This document shows, in pieces, positions 36,404-46,522 of a stretch of DNA of 58,587 nucleotides. Position numbers and translations under genes: made by a program. A model generated the notes under the pieces. The model saw only the letters and a program-made list of their open reading frames with translations, did no database searches and was not told the DNA's origin. The stretch spans positions 1 through 58,587 of the forward strand of contig JAAZLW010000066.1 in NCBI GenBank assembly GCA_012799135.1. The letters are read 5' to 3'. Source of the DNA: Bacillota bacterium. GTDB taxonomy: Bacteria; Bacillota; Limnochordia; DTU087. How positions within the stretch are numbered: the first letter of the stretch is position 1; every line of letters starts with the position of its first letter.

Positions 36404-39400
36404 TCACCTGATCCAGATTATCCTTGCACCCTCAATCCCCTGAGGCACTAGGTTATATTCATCTTGCCAGTTATTGGGGTCAGAGAAGGTCTCCGGTCCG
36501 GCAATGAAGTCAACCCTGAGGTGATGCAAGGGATCCAGCAGATTGCGCAGACTGTTGGTGACGACAATTCGAAGCTGGTTTTCACCAGGCTGCACCAAAG
36601 GTGTTATATCTATCTCATAGGGGGGAAGTGCTATCCGGTCACAATATTGGCCATTGACGTAGATGCGGGCAATGGGAGCTTTTAGGTCAATCAGTTGGAG
36701 AATGGCCTGACCCCGGGCTAATCTACTCCAGTTGAAGGTAGCCTCATACTCCATCTGACCTGCATAAAAGGGATAGCCCTGCTCAGTCCAATCGCCGAGC
36801 CCCAGGGAGGCAGGCTGGAAATCGGCTAGATTCGGCTTGCCTATTGCCTTTGGGGTAACCCGAAAGCCTCCTACAATAAAGCTGTTTTCCAGCTCCCATA
36901 GCTCGTCAAAAGTGGTGGATAAGACTACGGTATTCTCGCCTTCTTGCAGGGCGGTAGTGATATCAAGGGCTGTGAAGGCCTGATCCAGCCAGGTGCCGGC
37001 AGGGTGAATATCGGTATTGCCATTTACATTGATGGCATATTGGTTACCAGATTCCACTACCAGTCTCACGGGGTATCGGTTTTTCTCCACGTTGGCAGCG
37101 AGAAAGGTCAGCTCAATATCGATTTGATCATCAGCGGTAATCGGTTGGCGATCTTGCACCTGCCGCCAGGGCTGTACATCTCGGTTGTTTCTGGAGGTAG
37201 GCAGCCCATAGTAGCTGCGGATTCTGGTAAAGGCCTCCCAGATGGGGACTGGTTCGCTCCATTGGTGATCATCGATTCGGTAACGACACCAGTCCAGGAT
37301 TAGGGGGTTATCGGCAAGCGGCCGAACTGTCCACTTACCTGGTATCAGTGTTTTGACCTCTCTGGCACTATCAGTGGTGCATTCATAGGGCAAACCCGAT
37401 GCCCATTCCGCAGCCATTATCCCCACCAGAAGCAGGTGGGATTCGGCCTCTACAAAGCGCAGGTTTAGTCTTAACCCGTCTGTGGTTTGCTTATAGCTTA
37501 AGGGTTGGATTTCACCGGAGATTAGGTCCAGCCGTGCTAAGGGCCCCGGATGGTGAATGGTGATCTCTGCTTCAGAGCAAGAGGCTTCACCGACATTAGC
37601 CAGAAAGACTACAAGATTATCATTGAGTCGGCGGGTATGGCTGTAGATGCGGGGACAGTGCTCCTGCACATTCCCATTTTGTGGGGCCGGATAGGTAAGT
37701 CTCACGGACACGGTGCGTTGGGCAGTCCTAAGTAGTTCTTGCTCCAAGGAAGCAAAGTCAGCCACAGCTGTCATTGATGGAAGTAGTAAGTCTAGGCGCT
37801 CTTTGGCGGCTGCACCCACTGCCTCGGGAGGTGTTCCTAGGTAAATAACGTGACCACCGGCTGTGATGAACTCATCTAGCAGGCTAATGGTGGAAGGAGC
37901 CAACACTGTCTCACTAGGTAGAACCAACACACCATAACGGCCATGACCAATCTCTAATTTATTGTCTCTAACCCGAGCCATGGTTTCCATGAGTACTTCA
38001 TCGGCCAAATCATAGTCCCAGTTACTTTCAGTCAAGTCCTTGCAGAGATCTTCAAAGCTGCGAGCGATATCCTGCCTGCCAAAGCCCTTTACCCAGAAAA
38101 CTGTAACAGGATGCAAAATCGCGATATCTGCAGCAAAGTCTCCCTGGGACAGAGCATAGCTCAGCCGGCCAAAATAGTCTGCCAGGTAATCATATTCGGC
38201 AGCCCAGGGCTGATGGTTTCCCCAACTGGGTGGGTAATCCCGTTTTCTTAGCCCCTTAAGTGAGTAGTGATAAAGGTGCTGGTTGAGCAGATTTACGCCC
38301 AGGGCATATTGCCAGTCCCCCACGATCTTTTGATCAGCAAAGGAGATATCTGACATCGCCCCACCATAGGTCTCAGATAACACCCTTTTTTGCCCCGTCT
38401 GATGAGCAACACTGGAGGCTAGCTTGATCATCTGGACATTGCCCATCTGGCTCTGGATGCCATCCCCGGCCAGCTTGCCGATAAAGGTCCGGCCACCCAA
38501 GAGGTCCACTCCCGGTACATGGAGATAAGCTAGGGGAGCCATAAAAGATCCGGCTTTATGAAAGTAGGGGAATTCATGTTCCCAGTAATGCCCAGTCCAC
38601 AGCAGCCCGTTTTGATCACACCAATCGGAAACAAGCTGACACCAGTTTTCCAAGAACAGCCCAGTAGCAGTATGCCAAAAGTCGTAGCGTACCTGCTGGG
38701 CATTATCTGTATCCAAGACCAGACTGGGGAGATTAGCGATCAAGTCATAGCCACAGCGTTGTCGAAATTCGATCGGAAAGCGCGGGGTCCAGGGCAGGGT
38801 TGAGGTTGAAGAACTCGTTCTTTCGCAATACATTTGTGGTTCATCGGTAAATACACCGGGAATCTGGCGACCGAAGTGGCTGGCAAAACGTTCTTTGTAC
38901 GGTTCTAGACCATGCCTGATGAAGGATCGTACTGCATCACCATCGAGAGTATCCAAATATGTGAAACCATTGAACCAGGTGGATGGGATGGCATTCTGCC
39001 AATAGAAGGTAAGACATTCTTCGCCATCTTCTGGTAGCTCACTTGCCTTCAAGGGTCGCACCTTTACTGGCTCGTCTTGGCCCGCTGTATAGGCAAAGCG
39101 ATGAAGCAGGGTTCCCGATATGGGGCCAGGAACCTTTTCCACAGTGAATCTCAGGTGTTTGGCGGCAAAGGCAACGAAATTGCGTTCCAGTGCTAAACCT
39201 CCGGCAGGACCACTGGGGTATCGGTCTTCATCATAGATCCAAGCCTTCATATCCAGCTTTTCCGCCTCATTGACGGCGGCAGCCACGGCTTCCATCCATT
39301 CATCGGAGAGAAAAGGTGTCGTTAGCCCCTGCCGGGAGTGCATAAAAAACCCTCCCAGACCAATGGAATGCATGTGCCGCACCTGCTCTCTGATGCGTTT

Positions 39401-39481
39401 TGGTTCCAGGCAGTCATTCCATGACCAGAAGGGCATAGGACGGTAGGTGCTGCATGGGTTCTGAAAGAGTTGCTTATTCAA
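36404..39481 (-). CDS. Large cytoplasmic glycoside hydrolase (GH106/alpha-L-rhamnosidase-like with GH2-type beta-sandwich)
   Basis: RPMPFWSWN, GGFFMHSR, YDEDRYPSG, FTDEP, SSVAHQ, SETYG. C-terminal jelly-roll GYPFYAG...VNG...GEN. Confidence 0.8.
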   Translation of the reverse strand: MNKQLFQNPCSTYRPMPFWSWNDCLEPKRIREQVRHMHSIGLGGFFMHSRQGLTTPFLSDEWMEAVAAAVNEAEKLDMKAWIYDEDRYPSGPAGGLALERNFVAFAAKHLRFTVEKVPGPISGTLLHRFAYTAGQDEPVKVRPLKASELPEDGEECLTFYWQNAIPSTWFNGFTYLDTLDGDAVRSFIRHGLEPYKERFASHFGRQIPGVFTDEPQMYCERTSSSTSTLPWTPRFPIEFRQRCGYDLIANLPSLVLDTDNAQQVRYDFWHTATGLFLENWCQLVSDWCDQNGLLWTGHYWEHEFPYFHKAGSFMAPLAYLHVPGVDLLGGRTFIGKLAGDGIQSQMGNVQMIKLASSVAHQTGQKRVLSETYGGAMSDISFADQKIVGDWQYALGVNLLNQHLYHYSLKGLRKRDYPPSWGNHQPWAAEYDYLADYFGRLSYALSQGDFAADIAILHPVTVFWVKGFGRQDIARSFEDLCKDLTESNWDYDLADEVLMETMARVRDNKLEIGHGRYGVLVLPSETVLAPSTISLLDEFITAGGHVIYLGTPPEAVGAAAKERLDLLLPSMTAVADFASLEQELLRTAQRTVSVRLTYPAPQNGNVQEHCPRIYSHTRRLNDNLVVFLANVGEASCSEAEITIHHPGPLARLDLISGEIQPLSYKQTTDGLRLNLRFVEAESHLLLVGIMAAEWASGLPYECTTDSAREVKTLIPGKWTVRPLADNPLILDWCRYRIDDHQWSEPVPIWEAFTRIRSYYGLPTSRNNRDVQPWRQVQDRQPITADDQIDIELTFLAANVEKNRYPVRLVVESGNQYAINVNGNTDIHPAGTWLDQAFTALDITTALQEGENTVVLSTTFDELWELENSFIVGGFRVTPKAIGKPNLADFQPASLGLGDWTEQGYPFYAGQMEYEATFNWSRLARGQAILQLIDLKAPIARIYVNGQYCDRIALPPYEIDITPLVQPGENQLRIVVTNSLRNLLDPLHHLRVDFIAGPETFSDPNNWQDEYNLVPQGIEGARIIWIR

Positions 39482-39495
39482 TGCGTTGGACCTCC

Positions 39496-39939
39496 TTATT
39501 CACGATCTTTCAGAAATTGTCCTATTGCTTTCAATAGCAGTTCTCCATCATCAATACTTGCGGCTAGTTTTTCTATCGGACACATCCCATCCTGGCTTCG
39601 ATTGAGGATATAAGGGCAGGTCTTATTATACTCCAGGTCGATACCTGCCTCATTGAGAGCTTCCATAGCCTTGCTGGAAATCAGCTCCGCATAAACACTT
39701 TTGACCTGTGCTAGGCTGCAAAGCATAGCGGCAGCCTTGCCAATTACCCGATCAGCTAGGACGGCTCCCTTAAGGATTTCGCCTAGTTGAGTTACCGCAC
39801 TATATATTGGTTTTATACCTTGATCTCTACTGGTAAATAAGAGCTTTCCCTGCTTAACGATTACCAGGGAGTACTGCCCCTCTAGAAGTCTGTCTCTGGC
39901 TAGATCAATGTCCCTTATTTGCTCCATCCCAATCTGCAT
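39496..39939 (-). CDS. DUF1893 (TM1506-like) protein
   Basis: GIKP, ADRVIGKAAA, YAELIS, ILNR...MCPIE. Start uncertain. Confidence 0.8.
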   Translation of the reverse strand: MQIGMEQIRDIDLARDRLLEGQYSLVIVKQGKLLFTSRDQGIKPIYSAVTQLGEILKGAVLADRVIGKAAAMLCSLAQVKSVYAELISSKAMEALNEAGIDLEYNKTCPYILNRSQDGMCPIEKLAASIDDGELLLKAIGQFLKDRE

Positions 39940-40276
39940 CCTCTCCGTAGCCCGGGTATAACCCATTGCCCTTCTCGCTCGTCATCTTTAACCTGGTGAA
40001 TCCTTCGGTAGAAAATTAGCATCCGATTAGACGCTTCTCCTAAAGTGTGTTTAACCCTGCCTAAATGCCAGACAATCACTCTCGTTTTAGGTCCTTGCCT
40101 TTTTGCGTTGCCGGTATCCTAGACTACAGGAATCAGCTGGATAGAAGCGAAATCATCCACTAGGTCTTAGGCTTTGGGCGAGGTTGGGGGGAAGCCGGCC
40201 CGATCGGCCGGTTGCTCCCATCGGAGCTTCCCGGCATGTTCGCTGGTCGGTACTCTGCAGGAAGGGAGTAGATATA

Positions 40277-40729
40277 TTGTCAAAGAGAACGAGGGCTAAT
40301 GACTATGCAAAGATGGACCGGATGCGGGAGTTGCCACCCAGTAGTGGCTGTTTTGCTTGTGGCCTGGATAACCCTTCTGGCCTAGGCATCCGTTTCTATA
40401 CTGATGGCAAGGCTGCGTATGGAGAGTATGTGCCCACTACCAATTACCAAGGGTATGCTGGAGTACTGCACGGAGGCATACTTACGACCCTTCTGGATGA
40501 AGCTATGGTCAAGGCCCTGGCAGTGGAGGGCATCATTGCGGTGACCGGCAAGATCGAGGTACGCTTCCGCAGACCTGCTCCTACAGGCGAAAGGCTGCTG
40601 GTCAGAGGTTGGGTCAAGTCCCAGCGGGCGGGCGGCTTCCTGGCTGAAGGGGAAATCATTGACTCAGATGGTATGCTTTTGGCAGAAGCTGAGGGTCTCT
40701 TGTTCTCCGAGGAGAGTAGATCGGTATAG
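40277..40729 (+). CDS. PaaI family thioesterase (hotdog fold)
   Basis: CFACGLDNPSGL, QGYAGVLHGGILTTLLDE, VRFRRP. Confidence 0.88.
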   Translation: MSKRTRANDYAKMDRMRELPPSSGCFACGLDNPSGLGIRFYTDGKAAYGEYVPTTNYQGYAGVLHGGILTTLLDEAMVKALAVEGIIAVTGKIEVRFRRPAPTGERLLVRGWVKSQRAGGFLAEGEIIDSDGMLLAEAEGLLFSEESRSV

Positions 40730-40893
40730 GCAGTGGGAGAGCGTTCACTCATCAGCCTTTGCTAACCAAATATCAAGACATAGCTATGGCAGCAACACAG
40801 GATCAAGGGATCTGGCTCCACTAATCACCTGTCAATGGTTACATAGGTGACTCAGCTTGGGGTCATAATCAAAGGTGAAAGGAGTGTGAGCCG

Positions 40894-41274
40894 ATGCCCA
40901 ATCCAAAAGTGATCTGTGAAGTAGATACATGTACCCATTGGTTACCGGGGGATGTCTGTGGTGCGGCCAATATCGATATTCTCAATGAAGAGGAAATGAT
41001 GGCAGAATCCGCAGAGCATACAGAGTGCAAGACCTTTGCTGAACGCAAGGGGTTGGCCAATCTCGTTGGTTCGGCCGATAACGTCAACTGGTGGGGCGCC
41101 ATTGAGGCCGCGCTCATCCCAGATCGAGAGATGTCACCGACGGTCACCTGTGTAGTTGAATCCTGCAAGTACTACGCCGAAGGTGACAGATGTGATGCCG
41201 ATGAAATCTTCGTCAGTGGTGATGACGCCAAAGAGTGTCAGGACACGAATTGCGACACTTTTAATAAGGAATAA
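40894..41274 (+). CDS. DUF1540 domain protein (two Cys-rich repeats)
   Basis: Repeated VxCxVxxCxx...C...TxCxTF units. AAAGGAG RBS. Confidence 0.8.
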   Translation: MPNPKVICEVDTCTHWLPGDVCGAANIDILNEEEMMAESAEHTECKTFAERKGLANLVGSADNVNWWGAIEAALIPDREMSPTVTCVVESCKYYAEGDRCDADEIFVSGDDAKECQDTNCDTFNKE

Positions 41275-41331
41275 GTGGTGGGTCTTGCCTCTCGCCTAGA
41301 TCACAGACAGTCAACCTTGTCCGATTGCTGG

Positions 41332-41361
41332 GGAAGGCTGGCCAATTACACCCAGCCTTCC
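41332..41361. terminator. Hairpin between convergent genes (probable terminator)
   Basis: 10-bp stem ggaaggctgg/ccagccttcc. Confidence 0.55.
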
Positions 41362-41373
41362 AAGTAGTTGAGT

Positions 41374-41853
41374 CTAGCTCTCTGAAGATCGCCTCATTAG
41401 GTAGAGGCCTCCTAGAATCAGCACTGCGGCGATCAGGTAAGTGAAGTTGCCAAAGAAGTTGGGGTTATTGACAAACCCGGTAATCATCAGGATACTGGCC
41501 GGGAAAAGGGGCCAGTTGCGAGTGGGCCAATCGAAGCCGTTAACTCGAGTGTGAATGAAGTAAACACCAAAGAAAGCGGCTGCCATGAGAAACAGGATTC
41601 CGCCTTCTGGGACTCCTGCCCCGGGCAGATCTTCAGAATGGGTGGCAATGCCAATTGCCAAGAGGACCAGACCAGGGATCAGCCATGCTACGTTGCCATA
41701 GTGGCGGCGCCCACCCATGTAAACGTATAGTCCGAGAAAGGCGAGACTGAGTATGTAGAGAACACCAACGCCTTCTAAGAATCCGAGTTGACCTGCTAAG
41801 GCCAGAACTCCGAAGGCAATAAGCAGAAGACCGGTTTTTCTATTTCGATCCAA
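41374..41853 (-). CDS. Hypothetical multi-pass membrane protein (LiaF-TM/LiaI-like repeats)
   Basis: GLLLIAFG, WLIPG, WPLFPA, LILGGLYL. About six hydrophobic segments. Confidence 0.7.
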   Translation of the reverse strand: MDRNRKTGLLLIAFGVLALAGQLGFLEGVGVLYILSLAFLGLYVYMGGRRHYGNVAWLIPGLVLLAIGIATHSEDLPGAGVPEGGILFLMAAAFFGVYFIHTRVNGFDWPTRNWPLFPASILMITGFVNNPNFFGNFTYLIAAVLILGGLYLMRRSSES

Positions 41854-41882
41854 GTTCCATCACCCCCTTGCTATGGTCATAA

Positions 41883-42599
41883 CTAACTTGGTTCCTGCTT
41901 TCCAATGGGTATTCTCGGTTCGATCTGGGTGGCGATTACCACCTTGATTATGGAATCGGCCGGGTAGAACCCCCTCAGCGATGCATTGGGATAGACTAGA
42001 GTCCTCGGCCCGATGAGAGTACCGGGATTACAGACACTATTGCACCCCAAAGCCACCCCATCCCCTAATATAGCACCGAGTTTCACTCGGCCGGTGGGGT
42101 AATACTCATTCCGATACTTGACAGTGATCTCGTCTTTGGTGTGTTTCACATTTGACAGCTTAACACCGGCCCCGAGATTGCAGTGTTGACCAAGGATGGA
42201 GTCACCCACATAGTTGAAATGTGGAGCGGCACTACCGTCTAGAAGGATACTGGCCTTGACTTCGGAAGCGTGCCCGACGACACAATGGTTACCGACGATG
42301 GAGCCTTCCCGTAGGTAGGCTCCGTGGCGGATGATGCTCCCCTCTCCAACATAGGCAGGGCCCTTGATGTAAGCTCCTGACTCCACCACAGATCCCGGAG
42401 CTAGGAACACGTCTTCTCCGACAAAGGCTCCTGGCTGGATCATGCCCTGCCTCCGATTATCTGAGGAACAGGGAGTATCCAGCAGCCTTTCCAGCCAGGG
42501 GTTAATTTGCTGCAGCACCTCCCAGACATATACGACCCCTTCGAATAACATTGCTAGAGACGTAGTTTCCCATTCAAAGAAATCACTGGCAGAAAGCAT
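41883..42599 (-). CDS. Left-handed beta-helix acyltransferase resembling the GlmU C-terminal domain only
   Basis: Hexapeptide repeats, HFNYVGDSILG, NLGAG, KLGAILGD. No nucleotidyltransferase domain. Confidence 0.82.
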   Translation of the reverse strand: MLSASDFFEWETTSLAMLFEGVVYVWEVLQQINPWLERLLDTPCSSDNRRQGMIQPGAFVGEDVFLAPGSVVESGAYIKGPAYVGEGSIIRHGAYLREGSIVGNHCVVGHASEVKASILLDGSAAPHFNYVGDSILGQHCNLGAGVKLSNVKHTKDEITVKYRNEYYPTGRVKLGAILGDGVALGCNSVCNPGTLIGPRTLVYPNASLRGFYPADSIIKVVIATQIEPRIPIGKQEPS

Positions 42600-42732
42600 T
42601 GGTGTTGCCTCCAGTGCTAACCGGAATTATCCTATACCAACTAGTTTTGCCTATCCTCCCAGCAACATACGCTATTGGCCCCCAGAATATGCCACTGCCT
42701 TTCGTGTTGCTTAGATTCTCGTCGGGTACGAT

Positions 42733-42757
42733 TTTCGCCGAAGTACGACCAATTCCT
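42733..42757 (-). promoter_or_regulatory. sigma-H-like promoter
   Basis: Minus strand AGGA-N17-GAAA. Confidence 0.4.
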
Positions 42758-42869
42758 GTTAGATCTGTTATCCGAATATCCTTCGGCGGAGTCCTGCGCG
42801 CTTATCTTTGTCAGTAGTCCACCGTGTCGGCGAATTGGTCAAACTTGCCAAGTCCATCGACCACAAGGC

Positions 42870-42895
42870 AGGAACCCCTCTCATCAAGCGGGAAT
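42870..42895 (+). promoter_or_regulatory. sigma-H-like promoter for thuA
   Basis: gcAGGA-N18-GAAT. Confidence 0.55.
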
Positions 42896-42984
42896 ACCTG
42901 AAGTGTGAATTGACTGTCTAGAGTGAGTCATCCTAGGCTTGGGGAAGCGTTAACGCAAGTTTACGCGGAAGGGAAGTGGTTAGT

Positions 42985-43710
42985 ATGGGTATCCGAGTAA
43001 CTGTATGGAATGAGAACCGTCACGAAAAAACCGACGAGAGGGTACGGAAGCTGTATCCGGAGGGCATACACGGAGCCTTGGCCGGCATACTGCGCGCTCA
43101 GGGTATGGAAGTCAAAACAGCGACTCTTGATCAACCAGAGCATGGCCTGACTGACGCAGTGCTGGACAATACCGATGTTTTGATCTGGTGGGGCCATTTG
43201 GCACATCACGAAGTCAGTGATTCGGTAGTTGAAGAAGTAGCCAAACGCGTTCTCGATGGCATGGGCTTGATTGTCTTGCATTCCGCCCATTTCTCCAAGA
43301 TATTCCGCAGACTCATGGGTACCAGTTGTGATCTCAAGTGGCGGGAGATTGGTGAGAAGGAACGGCTTTGGGTGGTTGAGCCCGGGCATCCGATTGTGGA
43401 AGGTATAGGTGAGTATATTGAGCTTCCGCAAACTGAGATGTATGGAGAACGCTTCGACATACCGGTACCGGACACATTAGTGTTTATCAGTTGGTTTGCT
43501 GGTGGGGAAGTCTTCCGTAGCGGTTGCTGCTATAACCGGGGAAAAGGTAAGGTCTTTTACTTCCGGCCGGGTCACGAAACATTGCCCATATTCTACAACA
43601 AGGATATCCAGCGAGTTATTATCAATGCTGTCCGTTGGGCCGCACCGGTGCAGGGGCCTGTACCGAAGTTTGGACATCATCCTAAGCCTCTGGAGCAGAT
43701 CGAGGAATAG
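42985..43710 (+). CDS. thuA: ThuA trehalose/glycoside utilisation protein
   Basis: [42 protein letters not shown]. Confidence 0.92.
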   Translation: MGIRVTVWNENRHEKTDERVRKLYPEGIHGALAGILRAQGMEVKTATLDQPEHGLTDAVLDNTDVLIWWGHLAHHEVSDSVVEEVAKRVLDGMGLIVLHSAHFSKIFRRLMGTSCDLKWREIGEKERLWVVEPGHPIVEGIGEYIELPQTEMYGERFDIPVPDTLVFISWFAGGEVFRSGCCYNRGKGKVFYFRPGHETLPIFYNKDIQRVIINAVRWAAPVQGPVPKFGHHPKPLEQIEE

Positions 43711-43755
43711 GTCCCTGGGCTATCCAGCATAGGTGACAGAAGAGACAAGGCATAC

Positions 43756-43783
43756 AGAGCTGTCCTGATGGATGGCTCTTTTT
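43756..43783 (+). terminator. Intrinsic terminator after thuA
   Basis: agagctgtcc-tgat-ggatggctct followed by tttt. Confidence 0.75.
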
Positions 43784-43866
43784 CATGCACCGGCAAAGGC
43801 AAAAGGGATCGAGACTGGACGTCATCCCCTCTTTTATGTTACGGTTGCGGTAGGTAGAAGAAGGGA

Positions 43867-44343
43867 ATGAGCAATGTGAGTTTACCTGAGGTCACGATCT
43901 ATACTGATGGAGCTTGTTCGGGTAATCCTGGGCCCGGTGGCTGGGCGGCTCTGCTCAGGTATGGTTCCCATGAGAAGGAGCTAGCCGGCTATGAAGCCCA
44001 CACTACTAACCAGCGCATGGAGTTGATGGCCGCCATTAAAGGGCTAGAGGCCCTCAAAAAGCCTTGTTCAGTGCAGCTACATAGTGATAGTGCCTACCTA
44101 ATCAATGCTTTCCACCGGAAATGGCTGGTCAAATGGCAGCGCAATGGCTGGCTGAATGTCAAGAAACAGCCGGTGGAGAATCAGGATCTATGGAAACGCC
44201 TGGTGACTCTGACGGAGAAACATCAAGTAAGATGGGTCAAGGTGGAAGGTCATTCTGATGATGAGCTCAACAACCGCTGTGACTATCTGGCCAAACAAGC
44301 TATTAAGGAGAATGCCCCCACCGGCAATGATGAGCTGAGTTAG
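43867..44343 (+). CDS. rnhA: Ribonuclease HI
   Basis: IYTDGACSGNPGPGG, TTNQRMEL, SDSAY, NQDLW, VEGH, NNRCD. Confidence 0.96.
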   Translation: MSNVSLPEVTIYTDGACSGNPGPGGWAALLRYGSHEKELAGYEAHTTNQRMELMAAIKGLEALKKPCSVQLHSDSAYLINAFHRKWLVKWQRNGWLNVKKQPVENQDLWKRLVTLTEKHQVRWVKVEGHSDDELNNRCDYLAKQAIKENAPTGNDELS

Positions 44344-44346
44344 GGA

Positions 44347-44371
44347 AGGAAACAAATATCTATCAAAGAAT
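44347..44371 (+). promoter_or_regulatory. sigma-H-like promoter for the Gfo/Idh/MocA pair
   Basis: gaAGGAaac...GAAT with 17 nt between AGGA and GAAT. Confidence 0.55.
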
Positions 44372-44456
44372 AAGAAGAATAGTGAAGACTGAGGGACGAT
44401 TTGGTCATGTGGGAGTATTTGGGAGCCCCAGATAACTTATGTGGAGGTGAGGGAGA

Positions 44457-45467
44457 GTGAGGGTTGGAATAGTCGGATTAGGCACTATGGGTACCACCCA
44501 CGCAGGCGGGTACCAGAATATTGCCGATTGTGAGTTGGTAGCTGTAGCCGATATTCAACCAGAGCGGTGTAGAGCAATGGTAGAGCGCTATGGGGTGCGG
44601 AGCTATGCCACTCTTGCCGATATGTTGGTTGCGGAGGCATTGGACGTAATCGATGTGTGTCTGCCAACTCATCTGCACCTTGAACATGTGGAGATGGCTG
44701 CCGCTGCGGGTAAGCATGTCTTCTTTGAGAAACCTCTAGCCCGTAACCGAACAGAGGGTGAAGCCATGGTCAAAGCTTGTCGCAAGGCCGGCGTGACCTT
44801 GGGTGTTGGCCATGTGGTGAGGTTCTTTCCGGAGTATCGACGGGCGAAGGAGATCATCGCCAGCGGACAGTTGGGCAATGTCGGTACTGTATATACCTAT
44901 CGAGGTGGGGGAGGATTTCCCACGGCCTGGCAGGATTGGTATGCCAACTACGAGTGGAGTGGTGGCCTTACCCTGGATATGATCATCCACGATTTTGACT
45001 TTCTGCGTTGGACTCTCGGAGAGGTGGACCGGGTCTATGCTAAAAGCACCTTTGGCCGTGATTACAACCGTCTGGAGCATGTATTGGTTAGTCTGCGGTT
45101 TAGGAATGGAGTCATTGGCAACATAGAGGGTACATGGCTCAATGTCGGTGGTTTTGGCACGAAATTCGAGTTTGCCTGTGAGAAAGGGCTTTTGACCCAT
45201 GACTCTAAGATTGCTTCTGCGTTTCGAAGCTACCCACAGATAACCAGTCCTCAAGTAGGTGGGCCGGGGGTAGCTGTACCGGAGAGTCCATTAGATAAAG
45301 ATCCCTACACTGTGGAGCTAGAACACTTCATTCAGTGTCTGCATCAAGGTCAGAAACCGCTGACTAGCGGCGAAGAGGCTCTATATGCAATCGACATAGC
45401 GGTAGCTGCTCTCGAGTCCATCAAGACCGGGAAACCGGTCAAAGTATACGGGGGGGTGAAACAATGA
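44457..45467 (+). CDS. Gfo/Idh/MocA family oxidoreductase
   Basis: Rossmann GLGTMG, EKP, RFFP, DMIIHDFD. Confidence 0.92.
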   Translation: MRVGIVGLGTMGTTHAGGYQNIADCELVAVADIQPERCRAMVERYGVRSYATLADMLVAEALDVIDVCLPTHLHLEHVEMAAAAGKHVFFEKPLARNRTEGEAMVKACRKAGVTLGVGHVVRFFPEYRRAKEIIASGQLGNVGTVYTYRGGGGFPTAWQDWYANYEWSGGLTLDMIIHDFDFLRWTLGEVDRVYAKSTFGRDYNRLEHVLVSLRFRNGVIGNIEGTWLNVGGFGTKFEFACEKGLLTHDSKIASAFRSYPQITSPQVGGPGVAVPESPLDKDPYTVELEHFIQCLHQGQKPLTSGEEALYAIDIAVAALESIKTGKPVKVYGGVKQ

Positions 45468-46441
45468 AGCTGGGAATAATGAGTTTTGCCCATCTGCATG
45501 CCTATAGTTATGGAGATGTAATCGGGAAGCTGCCCGGTGTGGAGCTCGTGGGAGTAGCTGATCTGAATCAGGATCGGGGGAGACAGGCGGCTGATCAGCT
45601 CAATACCCGGTACTATCCATCCTATGAAGAACTGCTCGATGCTGACATAGATGGTGTGATTATTACGGCGGCCAACCGCGATCACCGAGAACTAACGGAG
45701 ATGGCTGCTGCTGCGGGGAAGCATATTCTGTGCGAAAAACCAATCGCCACTTCTTTGGAAGATGCTAAGGTCATGGAGAAAGTCACCCGGGAGGCCGGAG
45801 TCAAATTCCAGATGGCTTTTCCCTGTCGCTACATTCCCGCTGTGCAAAGACTCAAGAGCCAGTATGACAGGGGCGAGTTGGGACGGATATTGGCTATCCG
45901 TGGCACTAACCATGGATGCATGCCCGGTGGGTTCTTCATTGACCCTGATGCTGCCGGTGGTGGGGCTGTTATTGACCATACAGTGCATTTGGTGGACCTA
46001 GTGCGCTGGATTTTCCAGACTGAATTTCGGGAAGTGTATTGTGAGATGGATCGCCGCTTCCATGATATCCCCACTGAAGATTGTGGTCTTTTAACTCTGG
46101 AAATGACCAATGGTGCCTTCATGACCTTAGATCCCAGCTGGTCTAGGCCGGATTGCTTCTATACTTGGGGTGATCTTTACATGCAGGTGGTAGCAACAGA
46201 CATGGTCACAGAAGTTGATATGATGCGCCAAAGCATAGAGCGGATTAGTTTTGATGATCCTAACTACCAGTGGGAGTTTTGGGGAGCGAATAGTGACTAT
46301 TACTTGGTCAAGGAGTTTGTCGATAGTTTTCGCGAGGATCGGGAGCCGAGTATCACTGCACTAGACGGTATTCGGGCTCTGGAAGTGGCTTTAGGTGCCT
46401 ATGAGTCTGCACGGACCGGCCAGCCGGTTCAGATCGGATGA
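45464..46441 (+). CDS. Gfo/Idh/MocA family oxidoreductase
   Basis: GKHILCEKP, GGGAVIDHTVHLVD. ATGA overlap with the previous gene. Confidence 0.9.
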   Translation: MKLGIMSFAHLHAYSYGDVIGKLPGVELVGVADLNQDRGRQAADQLNTRYYPSYEELLDADIDGVIITAANRDHRELTEMAAAAGKHILCEKPIATSLEDAKVMEKVTREAGVKFQMAFPCRYIPAVQRLKSQYDRGELGRILAIRGTNHGCMPGGFFIDPDAAGGGAVIDHTVHLVDLVRWIFQTEFREVYCEMDRRFHDIPTEDCGLLTLEMTNGAFMTLDPSWSRPDCFYTWGDLYMQVVATDMVTEVDMMRQSIERISFDDPNYQWEFWGANSDYYLVKEFVDSFREDREPSITALDGIRALEVALGAYESARTGQPVQIG

Positions 46442-46522
46442 TCCACTGATCCACTGACTGGAGCATCGGGCCAAGCCAGGAGAATTACAGGGAGGCTGGG
46501 CGTTGGTGCAACGCCATTTGGT

